Of a stretch of 42,807 bases of DNA, positions 11,183-23,877 are shown piece by piece (within the stretch, counting starts at the first letter, position 1; the number at the start of each line of letters is the position of its first letter). The DNA is from Priapulus caudatus (lineage: Eukaryota), in assembly GCF_000485595.1 (NCBI RefSeq), contig NW_014577075.1, forward strand, positions 161,021 to 203,827. Direction: 5' to 3'. The notes under the pieces are model-generated. The model had not been told where the DNA came from and made no database searches. It saw only the letters and a program-made list of their open reading frames with translations. Made by a program: the position numbers and the translations under genes.

Positions 11183-12323
11183 GGCCATGCTAAATTATCA
11201 TCTACTATATAGCTAATATATAAATTATAAACTATCATCTACAGTTAATATAAGCGAATTGCTGCTACTCGAGTAATAACGGCTAGAGCCCCTAATATAA
11301 CTTCCTATACTTTAATCACAGCGTGGAGATACAATCCATGCCAGTTTTATCGTCTTCCTCTATCGCTCCACCCCGCTAATCTTCCCTACATGCTTATATG
11401 GTTTCTCCGGAACTGCTCCGAGCAAAGGAAACAAGATGGTAATGTGTGTATCGCGCGGTTGACGATGACGTGGGTGACTCTTGCGTGGACGGGAGATGCA
11501 AGATCGACCCGACACCGGTTCGACTGCATGATATCCCGACGGTCGGTCCCGCGCAGTAACGCTCTGATGCAGCGGCAAAAAAAAGAGTAATTTAAGAGAA
11601 TAACTTGCAAGAGAGACATTGCGATTAGAGTTTCGCCTCGCGTGTAAACGGTGTCAAGCTACAGGCTAACCCTATATATAGACCAAGGACCGCGGCACGT
11701 CATTACCCGTATAGCTCGCTCGCATCCGTAATGCTGAGGCTAAAATAAATGCGCAGTGGATGATTTCAAACAGTCGGTCGGGGGCAATTTTACGGGGCGA
11801 GAGAGAGAGAGAAAAAAAAACTTTGAAATAGTCGCAAACGACTCGCTTTGGTCATATAGTCAAAAACGCGGCGCCGCCCGCGGGCCATCGTCATTTCGTG
11901 CCCCGGTTTTCGAACGAAGAGTCGCATTCGATGCGTTCTGTCGGTATTCAGGTATGACGATGTGCCATTCACTGCTATAGCAGTGTGTGCTAACGGATTA
12001 TATGTAGATGCACTGGAGTGATTCCAGACGAAACTACAATCGATTAGCAGACGTTGTCAGCCGTTGGGGGGCACTATTGTCGGGCAGTGACTATATAACG
12101 CGCTGTGTGTTAATTCCCTGCATGTATGTCATGCGTTAAATCGTATGTATTAGGTATAGGGGGGTTCTGCGCGCTTGTCATACGAGTCGATTCGTTTATG
12201 GTTTTTTTTACGCTTAGATAATTCTATGAAAGTTCGTGACGTGACGCGTGCAGTTTGGTTCTTCGAACATTGCGTGTTCACTGGGTGTGGATATATGTCT
12301 AATGTCTCTGTCTCCCACTCATG

Positions 12324-13330
12324 AACTGTCGTCAAACTTGTAAGAAACGTCACCTATGTTTTTTAATTGTCCAAAGGACCTGCTGGCATACATAGTTAAA
12401 TTCTAACATAGTCGTGACATTTCTCCAAGTTCAACACTAAAATTATAACGGCCGAGAGGGTCCGTTATTATATCAGCATTCCTGACCTGTGACCTTCTGC
12501 GTCAGCGTTCCTGGCCTGTGACCTGCTGCGTCAGCATCCATGACCTGTGACTTGCTGCGTCAGCATCCATGACCTGTGACCTGCTGCGTCAGGGTCCCTG
12601 ACCTGTGACCTGCTGCGTCAGCATCCCTGACCTGTGACATGCTGCGTCAGCATCCCTGACCTGTGACCTGCTATTCTTCACCGGGCGGACGTTAACGTAT
12701 ATATTCTAGTGTCCCTGTAGCTGGTGTCCCGGTATTTAGAGACACTACTGTTAGCACGTTCTGTGGACATAGTGGACATAGTAGCCACCGTGCATCAGTT
12801 GTAATCAGCAGCAACAGTAGCAGCAGCAGCAGCAGCAACACTAGGAGCAGCGTGATCATCAGTAGTATCAGCAGCAGCAGCAGCAACACTAGGAGCAGCG
12901 TGATCATCAGTAGTATCAGCAGCAGAAGCAGCATCCGCGTGGCCGTCCGCGATGTCAAGATTGATCGACCGTGTAACCCCGGCGTTCATTTAGCGCCTTA
13001 TTTATTTAGTATTGATTGACCACATCCCCTCTAATTAAAGTCTCGGCCCATTATTTTCCGCAAAATTGAGTTGTGAATCTTGGCGGCTCTCCGGTTCGCG
13101 GCGCGAGCGCGAGAGAGGAGGCTACGGCAGCAACTAGGATTGATTCATCTCGCGTGTCTGCCGATGCGCCTGGCTGTTTGCTCTGTGCGTACATGTGCAT
13201 GTGTGTGAGAGAGAGGGAGAGAGAGCCGAGGCTGACTGACTACGGTCGTGCGCGCCCTTTCTCTATCCACTCCCTACTAGCGCGCGCTCGTCTCAAGTTG
13301 TGGTCATCAAGCTACGCACTGTTCTCGCTT

Positions 13331-13367
<37 letters not shown>
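12324..13367 (+). repeat. Clean direct copy of about 6100-7230 (probably a misplaced contig)
   Basis: AACTGTCGTCAAACTTGTAAGAAACGTCACCTATG through GTTGTGGTCATCAAGCTACG matches 6101-7205 with indels. A third, inverted copy lies at about 25950-27130. Confidence 0.93.
12481..12672 (+). repeat. 29-bp minisatellite CCTGACCTGTGACCTGCTGCGTCAGCATC (about 6.6 clean units)
   Basis: Exact 29-bp period. A solitary related unit lies at about 5288-5310. Confidence 0.95.
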
Positions 13368-13377
13368 NNNNNNNNNN
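13368..13377. other. Assembly gap (10 N) between CT and CA repeats
   Basis: N run. Confidence 1.
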
Positions 13378-13427
<50 letters not shown>

Positions 13428-13449
13428 CACACACACACGCACACACACA
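13378..13449 (+). repeat. (CA)n microsatellite
   Basis: Read directly from the sequence. Confidence 0.97.
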
Positions 13450-14289
13450 GCCGACATTGCGAAACAAGGACTGAAACAACAGCGAGCGTGTCCCCCGCTA
13501 CGTCGCGCCATTCGATTATATACGCCGTGTATCGGTTAGCACCGTCGCGATGATCAAGTGTTTATTTAGGTGTGGCATCGGCGACCAGATGTACGCAATT
13601 AACACTCGCACAGTGACCAGTAGCGGTCAGCAAACTGGCCAGATGCGTCCGCGGATCTAATTGTGTAACAGATATAAAGTAGCTATAGCCGGGCTGTGCG
13701 ATGTCACGGCGGCGGCGGGAGGGAGGGAGGGTGGGAGGGAGGGGCCGGCTGGCGGCGCGCTATTATGGCCGAGCGTAAATGCGGTTGGATCAACAGAGCG
13801 CATCCATTTGGCCAAGCCGTGTAAATACTGATGCATAAATAGGCGCCTTTATTCGCGCGTGATTAATTGGTGCCATTTAGCAGCGGCCGGGCTCTGGCCG
13901 CAGCCCGACGCGATATAAAGGTGAGGAAAACTTGATTAGACGAACAAACCGGTTGTCACTGTATATACGCGCGCGTTCGTGTATGTCACACAATGCGTGC
14001 GCGTATACTGCTGATACTAACTACTCCCTCCAGCGTCCATTCTTATCCCCGGTGCGCGATGTGTACGTATTTACCAGGAATACATAATAAACATTATATA
14101 TATATAGATATTTATTTATATATATATAATATGCATATATGTTCACTGTTATAAATAGCAGCTCGTCCCACAGTCCGTGACTGGTAACTTTTGAGCAGGA
14201 CGTCCTCATTTTTATAGATCTTATAGGTCATCTAGTAGAAATAAACGTTTTCGGGTACTGGCTGGGTTTTTCAGACTTATATCCAAGAC

Positions 14290-14435
14290 TGTGTGTGCGT
14301 GTACGTGTGTGTGTGTGTGTGCGCGCGCGCGTGTGTGCGTGCGCGTGTGCGTGCGCGTGTGCGTGCGTGTGTGCGTGCGTGCGTGTGTGCGTGTGCGTGT
14401 GTGTGTCTGCGTGTGCATGCGCGCGTGCGTGTAAG
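14290..14435 (+). repeat. (TG)n/(TGCG)n alternating purine-pyrimidine tract
   Basis: Read directly; noisy inverted copy at about 38310-38420. Confidence 0.93.
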
Positions 14436-14984
14436 TGTATGTATGTGTGTTTGTACATGTAGCGTATATATATGTATACTTATATGTACGGCTAAATTGT
14501 GCGCGTGATGCTGGCACGTATATACGCATACGCACATGCCAGCATCCCACCGACCGCCTGCCAACTCTGCGCGAACTTACGTACGTTTTGCCTCGTGTTT
14601 TATTTATGCAAACAAGAACTGTTCACGCGCATTAGCGGCGCGTGGCATTTGTTAATGTATCCCCGCAACACTAAACGCAGACGAGGCCATAATCGCGACT
14701 CGCTTGCCGGCGGCGGCAGCAAGAAATCTCCCGGTGACCCAATCACGCCGATATATCGTCTTTTTATCGTCCTTTTTTATCATCACTATATCGCAGCATC
14801 TGCTGAAGTTCGACGAGTAAACAGCATCGCGCTCATCATTGCCGCAGCCGAAAAAAACAAACCCGATAGAAGCTGAAATGTCGGCCGAGAAAAGATTTGC
14901 GTGTAAAATTCAGTTTTTTGTGACCCGCTATCGTGCCGCTTATATATATATATAAGGATGTCGAGTGGGGATACCGAATGAAGA

Positions 14985-17430
14985 AGCTGGGTGGGGATGT
15001 TAGATGAGGAAGCTGGGTGGAGTCGCTAGGTGGTGATGCTGGATGAGGAGACTGGGTGGGGATGCTGGATGAGGAGACTGGGTGGGGATGCTGGATGAGG
15101 AGACTGGGTGGGGATGCTGGATGAGGAGACTGGGTGGGGATGCTGGGTGGTGATGCTGGATGAGGAGACTGGGTGGGGATCTGGATGAGGAGCACTGGGT
15201 GGTGGATGCTGGGGTGACGGAGACGTGGGTGAGGAGACTGGGTGGTGATGGCTGATCGACGTGAGACTGGTGGCGGCAGCGGATGAGCGAGACTGGCGTG
15301 TGGATGCTTTTGACGAGGAGACTGGTGGGCGATGCAACTGGATGAGGAGACTGGTGGGATGCTGGAATGAGAGAGACTGGTGCGGTGCTGGATAGGGAAC
15401 TGGGTGGGGATGCTGAATAGGAAGACTGGTGGTGATGCTGATAGGAGACTGGGTGGTGATGCTGATGAGGAGACTGGAGAGAACTGGGTGGTGATAGCTG
15501 GATGAGGAGACTGGGTGGAATGCTGGATGGAGGACGACTGGTGGTCGTATGCTGGATAGGAGAGCTTGGGGTGGGGATGCTGGTGAGGACGGGGGTGATC
15601 CGGATAGGAGACTGGGCTGTGAATGCTGGATGAGGAGACGGGTGGGGAATCGCTGGATGAGGAAAGACTGGGTGGGGAGCGTGGGATCGCTGGACGAGGA
15701 GACTGTGGGATGCTGATGAGGAAACTGTGGTGGAATGCGATGGGAAGACTTATGGTGGGGATGCGGTGGGGATCTGAGCTGGACCTCGAGAGACTGGGTG
15801 GGATGCTGATGAGGACGACTGGGCTGAGTGATGCTGACTGAGAGACTGGCTGGGGCATGCTGGATTGAGGAGAACATGGTGGGGATGCTGGATTGAGGAT
15901 GACTGGGTGCTGATGCTGGTGAGGAAACTGGGTGCTGATGCTGGAGAGGAGACTGGATTGAGAGACTGGAAATGTAGATCAGCTGGATAGGAGACGATGT
16001 GATGCTGAATGCAGAGAGACTGGGTGGGGATGTGATGAGGAGACTGGTGGAGGAGACTGGGATGTGATGCTGGACTGAGGAGACTGGGTGGTGATCTGGA
16101 TAGGATACTGGGATGAGGCAACCTGGTGGGCAATGCTGGATAGGAATGACTGGGATGGGAATGCTGGAATGAGGAGACGAGGTGGGCAAGTGTGTAGAGA
16201 CTGGTGATGATGCCTGGAAATTGAGGAAACTGGGTGGGATGCTGGATTTGCAGGAGACTGGGTGGCTGATGACTATGAGTGATGGAGACTCTGGTGGGGA
16301 TCGCTGGGTGAAGGAGACTGGGATGTGGGATGCTGGATGAGGTAGACTGGGTGGGGAAGCTAGGGGTAGAGAGCGGGTGGGCAGCATTGCTGGATGAGAG
16401 ACTGGGTGGGAGGCTTGACGAAGAGACTGAGTGGGAGCTGATGAAGGAGACTAGGGATGGCTGAATGCTGGATGAGGAACTGGGTGGTGGTCTGGATGAG
16501 GACAGACTGGGTGGGGATGCTGGGTGAGTGACTGGTGGCGGATGCTGGCTGAGGTGACTGGTGGGGATGCTGGCTGAGGAGACTGGTGTGGGATGCGAAT
16601 GAGGAGACTGGGTGGTGGATGCTGATGAGCGAGATCTGGGTGGTGATGCTGGTAGTGACTGGGTGGGGATCAGCTGATGAAATGGAAGACTGGGTGGTGG
16701 AATGCTGATGAGGAAGACTGGGTGGTGATGCTGCGGACGAGGAGCACTGGGTGGGATGCTGGATGATGGAGACTGGGTGGGATGCTGGATAGGAGACTGG
16801 GGTGGTGATTGGGGTGAGGTGACTGGGTGGGGACGCTGGGTGAGGTGACTGGTGGGGATGCTGATGAGGCGACTGGGCTGGTGGATGCGGATGCAGACTG
16901 GTGGGATGCCCTGGAATGAGGAGACTGGTGGGGATGCGGCCGAGAGGACTAGGTGGGGATGCGGATGAGCGAGAACTGGGTGGGGATGTCTGGAGACGGA
17001 GACTGGGTGGGGATGCTGGAGAAGATTGGACCTGGGTGGGGAATCCGGATGAGAGACTGGGTGGGGAGTCGCTGGGTGAGGAGACTGGGTGAGAGACCTG
17101 GTGGGCATGGCTGGCACTGAAGTGACACTGGAGTGAGGCAGTGCTGGATGAAGAGAAGCTGGCTGGATGCCTGGATGAGGAGAACTGGGTGGGGATGCTG
17201 ATGAGGCGAAGATACATGGTGGTGATCCGGATGACGAGAGCTGGTGGTGGATGCTGGATGAGGAGACTGGGTGGTGGAAGCTGGCGAGAGACTGAATGGG
17301 TGGAGCTGGAATGAGGAGACTGGTGGGGAATGCGATGAGGAGACTGGGAGTGGGATGCTGGGTGAGGAACTGGGTGGGGATCTTGGAGTGATGGAGACTG
17401 GTGGTGAAGGGGGCTGGGTAAGGAGACTGG
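14985..17430 (+). repeat. G-rich 26-bp satellite GATGCTGGATGAGGAGACTGGGTGGG (roughly 90 units)
   Basis: Perfect 26-bp period at 15035-15140, then indel-rich units running into the N gap. Explains all P/S/H-rich ORFs here. Confidence 0.95.
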
Positions 17431-17455
17431 NNNNNNNNNNNNNNNNNNNNNNNNN
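17431..17455. other. Assembly gap (25 N)
   Basis: N run terminating the noisy satellite. Confidence 1.
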
Positions 17456-18082
17456 CACACCATAGCATGCAGCCTTGTATGTGAGCATGCGGATTCGCAC
17501 CCCCAGATAACCCGGGTTGTCTCTCACCAACACCCACGAACATGTTTCGAGTTTAAAGTCGTAGATTTCAAGAGTCGTGATACGAGACGGGTGAATGTAA
17601 GGCCAGTGCGTTTCGCAGGTGACGAGTGAGAGAGCGCTCTGTCTTAAGTGCGGTCTCTCGTGCGAACTAATCAACGTTGAGTTATTTCACTAATTTGACT
17701 GGGCCTTCTAGTCTTATTACGATGACGCGCTCAACTATGTGTTACGATAGAACATCCATTCATGCGGCGAGCGGATACGTTTTTACGTGGTTGGGATTCG
17801 CAGTGGCGTTTGCTCTGTGCAGCTTTGCAGTGCACGTACGGTGAGATTTTATAATGTCTTTAACGGCATTAATAATCTAACGGCACAGCGATGGGAGAAA
17901 ATCGGATAGAGAAATATGTGCAAATGCGTTATTTGCTTTTTAATGGACGACGTAACAAGGTTAGGCTTGAGAGAATGTCGTGTATAAGGGAGAGAGAGAG
18001 AGAGTGGGTGGTGCTCCATTAGGAGCGTTCCCAACTTTAATGTCATTAATGTCCTGATATAAAAGAGATATAAAGGGGGGGT

Positions 18083-18098
18083 GAGAGAGAGAGAGAGC

Positions 18099-18149
<51 letters not shown>

Positions 18150-18155
18150 TATGTG

Positions 18156-18186
<31 letters not shown>
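18083..18186 (+). repeat. (GA)n followed by (GCGT)n microsatellites
   Basis: Read directly from the sequence. Confidence 0.95.
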
Positions 18187-18469
18187 TACATATACATAGA
18201 TCTAAATGCGCAGGAAAATGGCGAGTCGTCGGCTCTAGCTGTTGTATTATTTATTGTGATTACAAGCAGCATGGGTTTGTTCAGCCGATGCAATGGGAGT
18301 ATACAGACCCCGAGATAGGGAGGCAGAACGAGAGGCAGATTCATTAAATTGCATTTGCTTGAAACTTATATAGTCATTGTCGAGCTGCCTTAGTTTTCCG
18401 CCAGGCAATGGTTGAAAATTTTCGTAGTCGTCTAGATAATTATATATCTGACCCGCTGTTGTGCTTTTA

Positions 18470-18891
18470 CGCTCTCTCTGTCTCTTTCTTTATTTCTCGC
18501 TCGCTCTCTCTCTCTCTCTCTTTCTCTCTCTGCCTCTCTGTCTCTTTCTACCTTTTCCTTTATCTTCGTCTTTCTATCCCTCCCCCTCTCTCTTTCTTTC
18601 TCTCTATTTCTCTCATTTTCCTTTCTCTCATTTTTCTTTCTCTCATTTTCCTCTTCTTCTTTATTTCTCGCTCTCTCTCTCTATCTCTTTCTTTATTTCT
18701 CGCTCTCTCTCTCTCTCTCTCTGTCTTTTTCTACCTTTTCCTATATCTTCGTCTCTCTATCCCTCTTCTCTGTCTCTCTTTCTTTTTCTCTATTTCTCTC
18801 ATTTTCCTTTCTCCATTTTCTCCATTCTCCCTTTCTTTCCCCGTTATTCTTTCTCTCTCTTTTCCTACTTTTCTCGCTTCCTCTCCTTCGC

Positions 18892-18940
<49 letters not shown>
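18470..18940 (+). repeat. Polypyrimidine/(CT)n tract with an internal duplication
   Basis: CTACCTTTTCCT(T/A)TATCTTCGTC occurs near 18548 and 18731; the tract ends in perfect CT before the gap. Confidence 0.9.
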
Positions 18941-18950
18941 NNNNNNNNNN
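18941..18950. other. Assembly gap (10 N)
   Basis: N run. Confidence 1.
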
Positions 18951-18952
18951 CG

Positions 18953-18984
<32 letters not shown>

Positions 18985-19899
18985 TTGCTCGTAGCGTGCG
19001 TACAGTTGTGGTGGACTGGACAGGATACACACGCAGGAGGTTCGCTCTTGCCGCGGCGACGTTGGCCCGCGGAAAGCCCGCTGGTTTAACAGCTTGTAAC
19101 GCGATCCGCCTGCTAGCGCGCCAGCGAATTTCTCATGCGGTTCTCTCGGCAAGTGACATTGACCCTATCAGGCCCACGCACGATTGTTACGCATTTATTA
19201 GACCAGTTATATACGACGGCTTGCCCACGTACACGACGTACGTATAGTCGGTAATGTAAGTGTACACTAGGTGTGCCACTGCTTGGAATTGAGATCTGGG
19301 GGGCCATGTTTATTCATTAACGTCGTCATTGTATTCAGATGTCGCCGTCGCCGAGCGGCTAGATTGCGATATGAGATTGAGGTCAAAACCTAGTTAGGCG
19401 ATTTCTAAACGATCATAATGCATATTAACCCACTTGTGATCGTGCGATGTCTTGTAGCAGCACTATACGCGCATGTGTGTGTGTGTGTGTGTATACAGAT
19501 GAAATGTTCCATTTGCTTCTCGTGCTAATTTCACAGTTGACTGCTGAATTTCAATCCAACTCGACCTAACTTACAGATCGGTCGCGTTTCTGTTAACAAT
19601 GTGTAAGGCCGGTATTGGTCGAACCGAAAACACGCGTGTGCATTTCGTGCGCAGGGAAAAAAAATCGAAATTGTATTTATTTTAGTTTACGAGAAATGTT
19701 TGATGTAAGTAAACAAATGTAAGATAGTTTTGGAGTGGAGTCGCGGTTATACCTTGGAGAGAAATGGCTAAAGATTTTAGCGTAGTGCAGTCGTGATCGT
19801 GGAACTTAAAATGCTTGTATTACAATATTAATGCTGTAACGCATATTTCACGATTAGATTTTATCTACTTGCTTTATGCTCGCTCGCTCTATACGAAAT

Positions 19900-20310
19900 A
19901 GAGATAGAGATAGAGATAGAGATAGAATATAAAGAGAAATAGAGAAGAGAGAGAAGAGAGAGAGAGAAAGAAAGAGAGAGAGAGAGAGATCGAGAGAGAG
20001 AGAGAAAGAGAGAGAGCTAGAGAGAGAGGAGAGAGAGAGAGAGAGAGAGACAGAGAGAGAAGAAAGAAGAGAGAGATGAGAGCGAGAGAGCATGAGAAGA
20101 GAAAGAAGAGAGAGAGAGAGATGAGAGAGATGAGAGAAATAGAGAAACTAGAGAAAGAGAGAGAGAGAGGATAGAGAGAGAGAGAGAGAAAAGAGAGAGA
20201 GAGAAGAGAGAGAGAGAGAAAAAGATAAGTCGAGAATAGAGAAAGAGAGAGAGAGAAAAAAACTTGCGAGAGTGAGCGAGCGCAGAGGAGAGGGAGGGAG
20301 AAAGAGAGAC
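19900..20310 (+). repeat. Degenerate (GA)n/(GAGATA)n tract
   Basis: Read directly from the sequence. Confidence 0.93.
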
Positions 20311-20502
20311 CAAGGAGCCGGGTGTGACATCAACTCGAGGACACACGTTCTACGGGGCAGATAATGTGCAATTCAGCGCGCCCTACACCCCCACTGCGCA
20401 GCGCGGCAAATCTAAAAACCAGTAACTCTTCGGGGGTTTTTTTTCATCGAAAAGATTTTCCGCTCGCAAAAGCCGCAGATTTTCGAGGGAAAACGCACGC
20501 AC

Positions 20503-20761
20503 CTGAGGATCGACGACTCGCCGTGGGCAATTTGCCAGCCCCAACCGGCCATTATGTCAGCGCTGGGCAATAATGCGCAAAAGCCAACAAAGTGCACCCG
20601 CAAGAGGCAACTGGTTCCCACAATGACACGCAGTGTCCCGGGTTTAAGGTCATGCCGATGGCGCGTATGTGTCGCCGGCGAACACAGCATCGGGCGGCGG
20701 TTCTGAATGGCCTGACATCGGTGTTCATTAGGCAACTATCACACGACGACGCCCAGCAGAT
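20503..20761 (-). CDS. Candidate frameshifted exon (discoidin-like, or alternatively iGluR S2-like)
   Basis: On the minus strand it is bounded by TGCAG| and CAG|GTGCGT and has coding-like composition. Fragments across frames include QNRRPML, VFAGDTY, AIGMT, SLWEPVA, RVHFVGF and HYCPALT. No single open frame spans it. Confidence 0.3.
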
Positions 20762-22167
20762 CTGCACCTTTATTTTTGCGGATAGGGTAAAAACGCCCAA
20801 GTATAAGAGAGAGAGAAGAAAATAGAGAGGGGGGGGGATTTGGTGAAAGGTTAAATACGATATTAGGAGTAAAGTGATGTGATATATACTATAACGCGTC
20901 CCTCATCATCTCCAATAAATAACATATAAATATTATATTATATTATGCGTGTGCGTGCATGTTGCGGTGCCGTGCGTGCGTGCGTCGTGCCGTGCACATA
21001 TACGCCTCTCGTGCGCGTTTGTGGAAAGGTCAGGATGGGAGAAAACCCCAAGAGACATAGACCATATATCCCCCTTCACCCCCAACCCAGTGAACACGCA
21101 TTCGAAATCCAAACTGCACGCGCCGCTCAACGCAACTTTCATAGAATATCTACCGCGTAAAAAAAACCATAAACGATCGACTCGTATGACCAAGCGCGCA
21201 AACCGCCCTATAACCCAATACATACGACTTTAACCATGACATACATCAGGGAATTAACACATCACGTTATATAGTCACTGCCCATCAAAGTGCCCCCCAA
21301 CGCTCACAACGTCTGACTAATCGAATTGGATTTCGCTGGAATCCACTCCATGGCAATCCTACATATAATCCGTTAGCACACACTGCTAAGCAGTGAAATG
21401 GCACTACTCGTCCATACCTTGAATACCCGACAGAACGCATCGAATGCGACTCTTCGTTTCGATAAATACCGGGGCCACGAAATGACGATGGCCCGCGCGC
21501 GCGCCGCGTTTTGACTAATGCCAAAGCGAGTCGTGCGACTATTTAAACTTTTTTGTTCCTCCTCTCTCGCCCCCTAAATAGCCCCCGACCTATTGTAGAA
21601 CATCACTGCGCATTTATTTTAGCCTCAGCATTACCGGATGCAGAGCGACTATACGTAATGACTTGCCGCGGTCCTTGCTATATATGCGTTAGCCTGTAGC
21701 TTACACGTTTACAACGCGAGCGAACCTCTAATCGCAATGTCCTCTTGCAAGCTATCTCTAACACCTCTTTTTTGCCTGTGCACAGAGCGTTACTGCGCGG
21801 GACCGACCGTCGGATATTCATGTCATCGAACCGTGTTCGTCGATCTGCCTCTCCGTCCACCAAGAGTCACCCACCCATCGTCAACGCTCGCGATACACCA
21901 TTCGACATTACCATCTTGTTTCTTTGCTCGGGAGGCAGATTCCGGAGAAACGATATAAGCAGTAGGGAAGATAGCGGGGGAGCGATAGAGGAAGACGATA
22001 AAACTGCATGGATTGTATTCTCCACGCTTGTGATAATAGATATGGAAGTTATATAGTGTCTCTAAACCTTTACAACCGAGTAGCCAGCAATTCGCTTACG
22101 ATTAACTGTAGATGATAGTTATAAATTTATAATATTTAGCTTATATAGTAGACGATATAATTTATCA

Positions 22168-22363
22168 CCCTTGCTGCATATCGGCGTGCGCACGAGGCGT
22201 GAAAACAAATTCCACAGCGCCGAACAACTGACATACCATATATCATCGTAGCTCCACAACTTTACCGAACCAATTCGCTTGACTACGAGGTAGTCTTCGA
22301 ACTGTCTAATTTTCAAGGTGTCATTGCGCGCCGAGTTGCCACCACTAAAGCGAACGAATCTAT
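22168..22363 (-). CDS. Candidate discoidin-like exon, second read of 10997-11182
   Basis: Overlaps track ORF 22119-22316 (KIRQFEDYLVVKRIGSVKLWSYDDIW), preceded in frame by GGNSARNDTL. Possible donor AGG|GTGATA. Confidence 0.35.
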
Positions 22364-22616
22364 CTCGTAGGTAATACCTTATTCATCAATATTAAACGAG
22401 CACGGTCATAACAGAGAACTGCAATCACTACTTACATTCCATAACCCGCATGAAACACCACGCCACATACATCATCAAAACAACTCATCGATTATTCGAT
22501 TGAGATTAATGATTATCATAAATTTAGTAATATAACGTCATCTAGTCAATTCACAATCAGTCGCAGACTTACCCCCTCATTGAATATATCACTCATGCTA
22601 CAAATCATGAGAATCA

Positions 22617-23009
22617 TAGTGTGTCAAAGCGTTTGAATTCATAATCGATCATCGTCTGGACCCAATACACCGATGATGCGTACAATCGTTACTTGGGTTT
22701 CGATGCTCTGCGTGTGCGTTCTAACGCTCGCTTGCGAGTACGTGTGTGCATGATTGCGCTTAGCCCTGTACGTTTTTGCACTGTTACATAACTGTGTGAT
22801 AATAATGTATCTGAATTCTCATCACTTTTCGATTTTTCGACTTCTCATCACTCTCATCTCATCCTCGTCCTCTCAGACACTCTCATCACTCTCACCTCTC
22901 ATCACTTTTTTTTCGATTAAATCAGATTATGATTTTGATAACCAAGCGCTAGTTCGAGCCACTGTTCATCGGCGATGACGAGTATCATCGATGATCGTGA
23001 CATCTACTA
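22617..23009. mobile_element. Second (inverted, noisy) copy of the hAT-like MITE
   Basis: Reverse complement of 10280-10734 but with only one copy of the 64-bp terminal unit. The flank reads TGAATAGCTC on the minus strand. Confidence 0.7.
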
Positions 23010-23156
23010 GAGCTATTCATGAACCCACCATTCAACATTCCGCATCCTTCCCGATATTTTTTTTATCAAGACATTGTTGCTCAAATGAACACCGGCTAAC
23101 CGCACCTCTGCCGCTAGCGCGCGATTCGTCAACTCGTTAACATCAAGCACCCGCAA

Positions 23157-23877
23157 TATCCGTTCCCTTAAGTATAGTGCAAAAATATGGCATCGTTACG
23201 GAGTGATCAAAAGTCCAAACTGGCACTAGTTGAGCTATGGAGTACTATAAATATTAAGGGGTGCCCCAATGCAGATATTCCGTTAAAGTGAATTACAAGA
23301 TGATTAAGCTGTTCGAATCCTTACCCTGACCCGAATCCCCTATTACCGCGCCCGCTGTAACAATTCCAATACACTGTACACCATCTGTACAAATGCCCAG
23401 TAATAATATACGATAAATATAATATCTATACTAATAATATTATCTATATTATTCCTACTGCCGCGCATATATTTGCAATATATTACAAATCGTGCGTCAA
23501 TAAAACAATATTCCACAGAGAATAAGCTGGCATGTGTTTTATATGTATCTAGAATTTAAAAAAGTACTCAAATCGTTCGCTAAAGGATAATTAGTAGTTA
23601 GTACACCACATATCCTACAACATCCAAAATTCACAGGATTATAGCTAACGTACATGTGTTATATGATCTAGATTTCTAGATCTTAGACTGAGATTTACAA
23701 TGTCGCCAGTACTAGGCAGCCGCGGTTCGAACATTAATCATCTGTAATATACTTCTAAGGAAATCTACATTCGGGCCCACCTCATCTAATATTATTCAAT
23801 TCTATAGGCTACACTGTGCCAAGTTTTGATCGGCATTTGTCAGCTCGTAACGATCATAGGATAGCTAAGGACCTACA
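23157..23877. mobile_element. Second (inverted, noisy) copy of the Academ-like element
   Basis: Reverse complement of 9326-10129 with the same flanks; lacks about 90 bp corresponding to 9507-9598. Confidence 0.75.

Noticed and set aside
12481..12672. 29-bp array (and the 26-bp array) as a CRISPR-like locus
   Set aside because: Units are head-to-tail with no unique spacers, no cas genes are present, and the context is eukaryotic.
14235..14292. Hammerhead/Penelope-like motif on the minus strand (CTGAAAAA...GAAAACGTTT)
   Set aside because: The core is not CTGANGA and the intervening bases cannot form stem II; no RT or GIY-YIG remnant was seen.
17843..17863. TATAATGTCTTTAA as a Kolobok-like right end
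   Set aside because: No matching left end found before the N gap.
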